Source: Nemertoderma westbladi
Lineage: Eukaryota > Animalia > Xenacoelomorpha
Assembly (NCBI GenBank): GCA_032718475.1
Contig: JAUCBJ010007876.1
Coordinates: forward strand, 1-34,488
DNA: 34,488 bases
Direction of reading: 5' to 3'
Shown here: positions 1 through 9,616 of the stretch, piece after piece
Numbering within the stretch: the stretch's first letter is position 1
How the letters are laid out: each line of letters begins with the position of its first letter
Translations under genes and position numbers: made by a program
Notes under the pieces: model-generated
What the model was told of the DNA's origin: nothing
The model's input: the letters and a program-made list of their open reading frames with translations, nothing else
The model's database searches: none

Positions 1-49
1 GTAGTATTCCCTAGCAACAATATCTTCAAACAATTCCCCTCCTGTAATC
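1..49 (-). CDS. CaMKII: CaMKII coding exon 5, partial (ITGGELFEDIVAREYY...), runs off the window
   Basis: TTTTTAG acceptor ending at 50; GGELFEDIVAREYY is the CaMKII hinge region. Confidence 0.96.
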
Positions 50-364
50 CTAAAAAAAAGATAAATTGACACATCAGTTGTCGGAGTTGCGGAAATATAA
101 TATTACGAACGCGGCACCGGTACATTTAACAGGAAAGGGGAACCGCTTGCTCTGTCACTATAATAACGGATGGTAGCGTTAGCTGGAGGTGGAGGTACCG
201 CCGTCGTCATATGAAATACTCTCCCTTATCGCGTACTGCCTATCACTTTATCAAGAGGGGAGGAGACTAACTATATATTCTTTCTCACAATGAACCCCCA
301 GAGAGCTGCAGTTAATGGCTTCATAATAAAAGCGGTTAGCATTTCTAGCGCTACAAATACCTAT

Positions 365-450
365 GGGAGATAATATTTTACGGGAAATAATATTTTACGG
401 GAAATAATATTTTACGGGAAATAATATTTTATGGGATAAATTATTTTATT
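365..450. repeat. 17-bp intronic minisatellite (GGGAAATAATATTTTAC), about 5 copies
   Basis: Directly visible tandem copies, the last one degenerate. Confidence 0.85.
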
Positions 451-1466
451 GACTGACATTCAATAATAATAATTATAATAAATTACAACATTGGAAGAAT
501 AATAAACCAAACTGAACTAAAATCTGAAATAAAAAGTAGCCGGTCCAACAATTAATAATAATATAAAATGCGGCACTGTGTTTCACATTAAATTGAAAAT
601 TTAACTGAGTTTGGAATTTTCTTCAAACAACATTATTTGCGTTACACAGATCCTCTGGGATGGAGGTGGTGCAGTTCCAACAAACTCTTAATCAACTAAT
701 TATGGATTTATAGTGATATGATGGTCATATAGTTATAAAAGTGGAGATAACGAGGCAAAGGGGGTAGCCGAGCATTTCCGAAATCGTGATTTTAATGAGG
801 GATGAGCCGCCCATTTTATTGATACTGATAGGGGTATTCTTCATACTGCAATAAGGAAATTAAATTAATGAAATATACAACAATAAATACAGAGACAGAT
901 CTAGAATGTCCGAAATAGAGCACAACCTCACAGCAATATGAGACACAACGCTTGCAGAGTGCAGCATTATTGTCTACCTGCAATTGCACAACTAGATCAT
1001 AGCGCGGTAGGTGAAATACAAAACCGGTTGTAGGGGAGGGGGGGGGGGGGTAGAATTATATATTATCGAAAAAATACCTGATGTTTAGAAAAACAGTCAT
1101 TTAATTGAGGATAAATGTGTTTCGAGGATATATTACTATACTCTTAGTGTTTAAACGGGTTCAACATTTTCGGGATTTGAGGGATATGGATTGCAATTTG
1201 AATGATTTCCATTTCAGTATATGTGTGGCTGTATGTATGATACAAGTCTTTGACAACTTTATATTACTTTATTTCACACTGAAAAAAAAACAGCTGGAAT
1301 AAATAAAGATAAAATTATATTAAAACTTCATTTATAGTTGATTGCTGGATGGCTCATTTTTCGTGATAGGGATCCCGTTTAAGCACTAGGTTCCTTTTAA
1401 TCGTAAAAGATTATTTAATATATTAATTAATTAATTCTTGAATATTATATTCAACGGATAACTTAC

Positions 1467-1521
1467 AGATCAAAAACCAGATAATGGCAGTTTTCTTCAC
1501 CAATCGTGTCGTGTAAACGAA
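1467..1521 (-). CDS. CaMKII: CaMKII coding exon 4 (VRLHDTIGEENCHYLVFDL)
   Basis: 55-bp exon with TTTCAG acceptor and GTAAGT donor; in phase with exons 3 and 5. Confidence 0.96.
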
Positions 1522-2561
1522 CTGAAACAAAGAAAAACTTATTTTGTAATAAAAAATAAATTAAGGAGATTATTTTTGTGGCTTTAGATTCGTGCAGGGG
1601 TCCCTCTATCAATGTTATTTACCATACCTTATTAATTATTATTTCACTGGTCGCGAAAATACGAACAATTAAAATTTATTTCATTACAAGGAATTGTGTT
1701 TCTACAGCATCATTTTGATATCACCGAAAATACCCATGAAAAAATGATGGGAATTGTCACTGCTTGGTCCACTGATGAAACCAAGCATCCCCCGCAAAAA
1801 CAACGCGAACGAGACATTGCGAATCACGTCTTCCATAGAGACAGTCACACACATCCCGGCTAATCTCAATTACATACCTGACAACTCATAATGTAAATGT
1901 ATACTGGGATACTAAGATGAAAATACCCCGAGATGAAAGAGCGTATCATATAACGCAGCAGCCACTACTAACTGCTGGGGGTTGTATATTATACAGATAC
2001 ACCTTCTTGAACTTAGGAAGCAATACATGCGTGCAGCGAATTGATAAGTACCTTATTAAAAATGTAAATTAGTTAGTTATGGGGAACGCGGGAGAATCAG
2101 ATAACCTCAGCTAATAGAGACAGACGACATTGTATGACATTAACCTTAACTAAAGTTATAATATTACCCAAGAAGAGAACTTCCCTCACAAAATACTAGA
2201 TATGGGGGGTTCAAGTCACCATAGCGTTACACACAGAGGTACGAAACAGAGGTACAGGGTTCGACACCCCATAGGGTCTCTTCTCCCATATTTCACACTC
2301 GAAATGCAACGTTTCACACGAATTTTCACACCGTGTTATTGACAAAATTTGGTGTAAAATTGATGAAAAATCGTCAACATTAATAATATGACTTATGAAT
2401 ATGACATATGAACGCAATCCTTATAAGTTATATAAGATACGCTACTGAGGCTAATATGAAGAATGGATTATATAAATGCCACGTGGGCGATATCACGAAA
2501 AAAAGTTATAAATTGTTTATGAAAAATTCTAAATTCAGACTCAGTCAGTCAGTATGGTAAT

Positions 2562-2829
2562 TAGGGATGTTGCGAATGTCATATTTTTAACATCCGCGGA
2601 TATGCGGATGCGGATGTCTATTAAAACATATATATTTTTGCCTGGCCTCCCTTTTACATGAAGGTTATACCAGCATTTTAAGAAAGATTCAGTGGTTGCT
2701 GGGCCTTCAGACAGGATGCTTGAATAGTGCATGCAACATCCGCATGTCACATCCACAAGCCATGGGTGCGGTTGCGGATGCGAAAAACCATGCGGATATC
2801 CGCGGATGCGGATATTCGCCACATCCCTA
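2562..2829. mobile_element. hAT-type MITE (268 bp) in CaMKII intron 3
   Basis: TIRs TAGGGATGT(T/G)GCGAAT; 8-bp TSD ATGGTAAT at 2554-2561 and 2830-2837; subterminal GCGGAT repeats. Confidence 0.9.
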
Positions 2830-3236
2830 ATGGTAATGGACGGCGAGTAGAACAAGTTGTGTTGGTTCGTGTCAATCTGAGAAGGAGACAATATCACAGG
2901 TCGTGGTTTTTTGAATTTTCATTTCAACTCCGTCATCATTAACCAAAGTATCATACATTTCTGAGTCCGGGGTTTCTGAGTCATTGTGTGTTACATTCAG
3001 TTGTACAACATAATAAAATTGACTATAGTGAGAAAATTACACCAGCAACGACCACCACAAGGTACCAACTGAAATAAATTAATAAATACCGTAGTAAAGA
3101 AGACCTATACCACCATAAATACATTAACATCGGCGGCACCTCTGGTATTTCCGTATTGTATTGTTGTAGCCCATCCCATATGAACGATATACCGGTATTA
3201 TACTGTTTAATGTTTATTTATCTACTCAGCACTCAC

Positions 3237-3296
3237 CGATATTTGGGTGTTTCAACATGCGGCATATCCTGGCTTCCCTCTCGAGTTTCTGAAAAT
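3237..3296 (-). CDS. CaMKII: CaMKII coding exon 3 (DFQKLEREARICRMLKHPNI)
   Basis: 60-bp exon with GCAG acceptor and GTGAGT donor; alphaC motif KLEREARICR. Confidence 0.97.
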
Positions 3297-3930
3297 CTGC
3301 AAATACAAAATTATTAAGAAATATTATTTACTATCAGGGGGTCGACGCATAACAGCTGATTACTCTATAAAATACAACTCTAACGTCTGTTACATTGACT
3401 GAAACTGGGATTCGCGTCAAGTTCCCCTTCCCCTGTCTCAGGATGTAACAGGGGACAGAGGGAAACCATTTCTTCCCCAAGTAATTATTATATCTCATTT
3501 ATTTACATAGATAATCAAAACTATAACTAACATCAAAACTATACATTGAACTGTAGTATTTTATTAGGCCTTCTGGTTTACTTGCTTCCATAGTTACAGC
3601 GATTCCAATTACTGTATTATTCAACTCCTGATGCTGCCTTACTCAGTGTTAAATAATTTAATGTTCTCGAATATTTATTACGTAACTAGAGACCCACTTA
3701 AGAACATAAACCAATATTGGATATTGAGTTTGGTTTTGGAGTTCGCCTTGCACACACTGAAGTTGCAATAACTTTTGAGTTTATGAATGGATTTTGCTCA
3801 AATTACTTTCAAACCCTTTTCTACGTCGATGCTTTTCCATCACTTTAATACAATTTAAGAAATTCCACCAAAAATATTTGAAGTTACATTTTTCGCCGAA
3901 AAAAACGTAAAATAAATGCAATCCTATAAA

Positions 3931-4220
3931 AACAAGCGCGAAATCGCGCTTAGGTCCGCGTCTACTAACGCATGAAACTAACGCTGTCTCCTTGAAAGGC
4001 TTACCGGTACTACAAATCTAACAACAAAAAACATTCACCGGATTGACGGGGATTGAACACGGTACCTAGAGATTCTAAGTCCCAAGCTCTGCCAACTGAG
4101 CCACTGGGGCCGCATCAATCCTTAATACCAAAATCTCACGAGAAAATATAAATTAACAACAACAACACCAATAACAACAACGGAGTGAATACTAGAGGTC
4201 TCGCTACCCGGACCTAAAAA
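3931..4220. mobile_element. Helentron-associated (HINE/DINE-1-like) non-autonomous element with a tRNA-like core
   Basis: Terminal hairpin AAGCGCGA-aa-TCGCGCTT (3934-3951); sub-TIRs TTAGGTCCGcGT / ACcCGGACCTAA (3950-3961, 4206-4217); (AAC)n microsatellite; A-run flanks. Confidence 0.55.
4040..4112 (-). pseudogene. tRNA-derived sequence (Pol III A and B boxes), not a functional tRNA
   Basis: TGGCTCAGTTGG (A box) and GTTCAATCC (B box) on the minus strand; stems pair poorly. Confidence 0.65.
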
Positions 4221-4502
4221 CTATTCCCATATCTCCCGATTTTGGGGTAAATTCGAGCGAAAAAAGTAAAAAATTAAAATATTTTTCGTTCTAGAAAATT
4301 TTAGAAGCTCCGTTCTTAGTTAGAGATTATATTGAGAATTTGTCAAGTGATGTAAATTAAGAATAAAAGATACATCCGTCTGAGAAGAACTACCGGTAGT
4401 TTTTTCACTTCCGCCATTCGATACGGTACGTTTTTCATTCCGCTATCCGAAAAATCGGATATAATATTCAGAATAAATATATGACATTAAAACATACATT
4501 AC

Positions 4503-4597
4503 CTCGAGCCGACAACTTCTTTGTATTAATTATTTTAGCGGCGTATTCCACCGACGTAGCGAGATGAACACATCGTTTAACAACGGAAAACGCACCT
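4503..4597 (-). CDS. CaMKII: CaMKII coding exon 2 ([31 protein letters not shown])
   Basis: 95-bp exon with CTAG acceptor and GTAATG donor; glycine-loop end and the AAKIIN catalytic lysine typical of CaMKII. Confidence 0.97.
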
Positions 4598-5290
4598 CTA
4601 GAATATAAAAACAATAAGTACCGGTATATACACCCCAGCATCAGAAAGAAAGAGTTAAAACTATAGACGGCCACTTAAAAGGTTAAATTTATTAGTGCCT
4701 AAAAATTAAACAGCCAATCATATCAATGAGGTCAAATAAGGAGTCGATTGGGAATCTGGGAAGATGAATTAAATTTGGGACCGGTAAATTCTGAAATTAA
4801 TGTACCTAATTAAATTTCATTAAAAATGTGTACTGGTGTAGCAGTGTAGGCCTAGTTCAGTATTATATCATCTTACTGTCTCAAGAACGCTGGAAGGGCA
4901 AACAGGCAAGGGCAGTAGGGCAGGGCCTATTATGCCTTAATATTAAAATTACGTAGGCATATTACGTATTACCCCCTATTACGCAGAATGGCTGCGGCTG
5001 CATGGCAGCATGGGCAATGGGAAAAACGTAATAATAGGCCTAACATTTTTTCAATATTCTCTACCGGTAGGCTTTGTAAGCTGGTAAGGCTGGCGCTGGC
5101 GTTCGGTAAACCGTTAGGCCTACCGGTAGCCGGTATGGTACCGGTATATAGGCTTCCTCGTCACCTCGTGCCTCGAAAAGTCAAGAAACGTGAAAAATGA
5201 TCGACATGTTTCCCAAGCCCGGGGGCTCTGCTCTGGCAGTCTGGGTTTGGCTGTTTGGGAAAACAGTTAGCCTACTTTCCTTTCACTTAC

Positions 5291-5361
5291 TTTCCAAGTT
5301 CTTCTTTAAGGTCATAAATATCAGAAAATCGCACAGAAGAATTCATTTCCTCCCTCATCAT
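5291..5361 (-). CDS. CaMKII: Calcium/calmodulin-dependent protein kinase II, coding exon 1 (MMREEMNSSVRFSDIYDLKEELGK; alternative start ATG at 5346)
   Basis: Manual translation gives RFSDIYDLKEELGK, matching the CaMKII N-terminus. GTAAGT donor at 5290-5285; in-frame TGA upstream at 5373-5371; phase joins exon 2. Confidence 0.93.
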
Positions 5362-5589
5362 ACTGTCATATCAACAGAATCAGCATAAGCCTAGGCCTAC
5401 AGTACCGGTACTGCAGTACATCCACCCCACATCAGTCAGTCAGTATGACAATCAATGCCAATGCTGCAATCAGGCAATTCAGCAATTCTACCGGCTGACC
5501 GGGTAGGCTAAAAGCTGGAGTGCAGGAGTGCAAATGCTGAAATGCGGTTTCCGGACACCGGAGAGCCCCTATTGAAAAGTTTTATTTTC

Positions 5590-5830
5590 TGCGCCGAACG
5601 CGGCGCCGGGTGCCTAAAATCCTGCGCCGGCTCCGAGCAAAACCACGCCGGGTGCAAAAAATCCTGCGCCGGCTCTGTGCAAAACCACGCCGGGTGCAAA
5701 AGATCCTGCGCCGGCTCTGTGCAAACCCACGCCCATGCCAGGTGCAAAAATCCTGCGCCGGCTCTGTGCAATGCAAAACGCTGCGCCGGGTGAAAAATCT
5801 TCCACCGGCTCTTCAAAGCTGCACCGGGCT
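5590..5830. repeat. Left subterminal repeat array (about 42-bp units built on GCGCCGG)
   Basis: Repeated AAAATCCTGCGCCGGCTCTGTGCAAAACCACGCCGGGTGC-like units; explains the repetitive ORFs in the track. Confidence 0.85.
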
Positions 5831-6984
5831 GACTGGTATAAAACATAAAATCTGCCTGTTATACTGTACAGTACCTGTAGTTTATTCGGTTATCTATAAT
5901 ACTGCAGCTGCACTAATCCGAGTTGTTACTTAAACGAACGAAAGTTGTGGGTGGGTGAAATGAAAATAAGGACACAGAGACGGAAAACCTTAAAGACAAA
6001 TGCAACAAGTACAGTAGGTACGTTGTTTTATTCCAAAAGTGTAAAAATACGAAACAACTACTTAAGAAACACTGCATGTAAATTTTTGTTGTCAAGTAAA
6101 GTGTACATTTTTTGAAATTACTCAAATGTTACAATATGAATTATAGACAGAATATTAAAGACTACCGGTACTTCAGTAGGCCTAGTCCTTGTATTTATGT
6201 ACTACGTTCTACTTTACTAGGCCTACATACTACGTACTGTGGTCCAGTATACGTCTATGCTACAGATACGGTATGTCTGAATGAATAATGACTAGCTGTA
6301 TGTTATGTTATGTTATTAATATCGCCAGAATAACAATAAAATATTAATTTTTGCACATGTACGTACACGTACAGTAGATTAAAATAAAATGAACACATAG
6401 GTATCTGCAAAGTACGCTAATAAGCGTATGTATGATTTTAAGAAAAATACGGATAATGGTATTCAGGTAAAATTAGTAAAATATTTAAAATTATAGTATA
6501 TTTACAGTACTTACAGTTGGTGCATAATAATTATTAAAAAAAAATGAAATTACAGTAAAATTAAATTAAAAAACGGCAAAGCATACTTACAGTAGGTTCA
6601 AGGGCTTCAACAACATACAGTACTAAAGCAAACATATTAATAAGGACAAGTTTACAATACTCTATAGGATACAACACAACAATACGTAGTTATACGTAAC
6701 ATAAATTTGGTACCGTAGGTAGTACCGTATGTCGCATAAGTAAAATATTACTGCTGAAATAAAACGCGCAAAGTAAAGTAACTACAAAAGGTAGGACAAC
6801 AATTAAACATAAAAAAACACTATTTTAAAATTTAACAAAAAAAAATGTTTTTTGAGATTGAAAAAATGAAAATAATAGGTACTGTAGCTAGATTTTAATA
6901 AAAATATCGTTGTATCCGAAAGATATCGCTTTCGCTACTGCCACTTGGCGCACAGGAGTATCACTATATATTAATTTTAATGGA

Positions 6985-7690
6985 CATTTCGCAGTCTAGT
7001 CTATTTTTGAATATGCTCAATCATGGAGTACCAAGGGTATTACGTGCATTAACAACACTTTCCGGTAATGGTAAAGGATTCCAAATGTTTACAACGCTGT
7101 CTGCAAAGTTGTTGCGTGTTAACATTGGTGGAGTTAGGAACGAAACTGGAAGAAATTACTTCGCTCAATTTTGTCAATCCCGTTGATAAACTTGTATGTT
7201 GTTATAAGGTCGGCTAGTACACGGCGATATATTAATGTCGGTAGTTTGAGTGCAAGTAGTCGGTTTTCATATGACAACTCATCCAGCGATAGTACAACTG
7301 TACAAGGCGAGTGACCACACGGTGTTGTACTTGTTCAAGACGTTCAATATTTATCATGTCGGAGGAATGGCGAACAAACATCTGTGTCGTATTCAAGAAG
7401 AGGCCGACCACGAGCTTCCAAATATGTAAAAGTTCTTCGTATTAAATGTACGACTCGCATGGCGCGGGCTGGAGTCTTTGTGCAGTGAGCTGTGATGCTG
7501 TGAACTGGTGAAGGACAAGTCTGGTGTAAATGTAATTCCAAAATCACGTTCCTCGGTCAGTCGGTTGCCGATACAAGTGTCCATCCATTCATTGTGTAAA
7601 GGTTGCTTGGGGATTTCTAGAACCTAGATGCATGCATGACCTTGCACTTGGAGTCATTGAACTGCAATTTCCAATGGTTACACATGTGTG
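6985..7690 (-). pseudogene. Decayed 3' fragment of a CR1/L2-group LINE ORF2 inside the DNA transposon
   Basis: Broken-frame motifs ERDFGITFTPDLSF, RPLLEYDTDVCSPF and VVNIWNPLP (WNSLP-like), typical of post-RT CR1/L2 sequence. Boundaries approximate. Confidence 0.7.
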
Positions 7691-8149
7691 TCGGTAATAA
7701 ATTGTTTCATTATCAATAGTGCCATAGTATAAGTCGTTTTGTTTTATTCACTGTTCAACTTCATTCTGTCTGCCCGTTTTATTATATGTGCAGTTTTATT
7801 TATACGCGTCTATGACAGCGGTGTCTCCATCCAAATAATATAATATAAATATAGCTTATACAATACAGCAATATTATGTAAATAAATAAACTGACTATGA
7901 CCAATAGCAATAATGACTGATCAGCTGATAGCTGGTACTGTGATAGCCTACCTGCCTACTGCATAACAGCATAACTGCATAAGGTAAAATACGTAAATAA
8001 ATGACCAGTTGCAGTCAGCCAGTGCTGCAGTGTGAGTTTCTTTTCTGCCTCCTGCATGGCCAGTTGTTATGTGTTGCTGTGCTGTTGGTCTGATGAACGC
8101 ATGTCTGCTGTCTCAGTCTCACTGTCTGCCTGGTGCTAGGTTCGGCTGA

Positions 8150-8410
8150 TTTCTGCGCCAGGCAAATATGTACGCCGGGTGTGCTGGGCTGATTCCTGCT
8201 CCGGCGCCGGGTCAATTTCTGCAGCGTCGACGCCGGGAATATTTCGACGCCTGCTGCGCCGAGCGCAGCATCTCTACCATTGCCAGTTCTCCGCCGGCTA
8301 CGCCGGCGTAGCACATCTCTGCGCCGGCCAGTCCGGCTCATTGCCCGGCGTAGCACATTTCTGCGCCAGCTCCCGGCGCAAGTTCTAGTGCTGCGCCGAA
8401 CGTGCTCGGC
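8150..8410. repeat. Right subterminal GCGCCG(G) motif cluster
   Basis: Many GCGCCGG/CGCCGG motifs, matching those of the left end. Confidence 0.7.
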
Positions 8411-9616
8411 GTACATGTAAAACTTTTCAATAGGGCGGAGAGCGGAGACTGGCCTGGCAGAGGACTGCAGGCTGGTAGCCTGGTCAGCTGGTAGCAGGAA
8501 CTGCAGTCATAGATTCAGGCAGCAGACTGGCAGAGCAGGACTGCAGGCAGGATTTGCAGCTCAAGCTCAGCAATTACAATCTGACAATGTACTGCTACTG
8601 CTGTACTGGCACTGTTATACAAGTACGATACCGTATCTGCGTATGGCGCGGTACAATTATACGAACTTAGATCCTGTGGTTGGTGAATATAGATCCTAGA
8701 GATCTTAAAGTACTGGCTGTCTGCCAGTAGGCAGTCTAGCATCTACTGTAGTGTAGCCATATTTTGTTGTCTTTCCCTTTATTTATAGGGCAATTTGTTT
8801 ATAATTATACATTATTATTTATAAAAATATATTATAATCAGACTCATTTTTGGAAGATTGATTGGATAATAGCTTTATTTGTGTTGCAAGTCACTTTTTT
8901 TTGTCGAAGTCGTTAACAAGTTTGACAAAAAAAGAAGGCATTTTTTATGTCATCAAAAAAAGTAATGTTTCCATGACATTAATAATACAATTGCATTTAA
9001 ATAGATAATAGATTAAATAGATAATTTATAATACTAGCTAGTTTTTGCAAATTTTTTATAAATTTGCAAAATTTTTTATTTTAAAAATAAATTTCAAATT
9101 TTTTATAAAAAAGCGTACTAGCTATCAATTTTGATATTTTTTTTTTGTTCTACAACACTTTTTTGTTTTTGTTTTGTTTTAGAAAAAATGGTAAAAGCCA
9201 TTTTTATGAAAAAATTGGTCAAACTATATGGGTACCCAAGGTGTAGTAATGCCCGTATTTCACTATGGGAGAAGCTTCGATGGACGATATTTATGCTGAA
9301 ATAGGCCCAGATAAAGGTTAGAAGACTTACAACAAATAAACGACGTAGGCCTAAGTGGTAGCAAAAAGCAACATTTTTTGTCTTGCTTTCTTATTTGTCT
9401 CGCTACGCTGGACAAAAAAACGCTTACCTTTTTTGCCACCACTTAAATAGTTATTGGCCCGTATGCATAAAACTGTTTACGATTAATCGTGCTTCCGATT
9501 ATCGTATCTAGTTACGATGCTATTTTTACGATGCTATTTTAGAGTGTTGCTGGGCAACTCTGTAAACAATACTGTGAAAATCTGAGATTCCTCTCCTCCA
9601 TGTCGTGGGATATACT

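Larger units (their letters stand above)
5567..8435. mobile_element. Non-autonomous TIR DNA transposon (2869 bp), superfamily uncertain
   Basis: Perfect 18-bp TIRs CCCTATTGAAAAGTTTTA (5567-5584, 8418-8435); perfect 8-bp TSD CGGAGAGC (5559-5566, 8436-8443); no transposase ORF. Confidence 0.92.

Noticed and set aside
1033-1050. G run (and C run at 12169-12194) as functional G-quadruplexes
   Set aside because: Simple homopolymers with no supporting context.
1761-1787. GTC...CTGATGAAAC inside a hairpin, resembling a hammerhead ribozyme core
   Set aside because: CUGAUGA and GAAA overlap, and stems I and II are absent.
4040-4112. Functional tRNA genes here and at 12781-12837
   Set aside because: Acceptor and anticodon stems pair poorly or are truncated, and both lie in repeat context.
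4468-4674. 68-aa ORF as a standalone gene
   Set aside because: It is CaMKII exon 2 plus translated intron flanks.
5508-5933. Overlapping Cys/Arg-rich ORFs (also 8015-8416)
   Set aside because: By-products of GC-rich transposon subterminal repeats, open in several frames.
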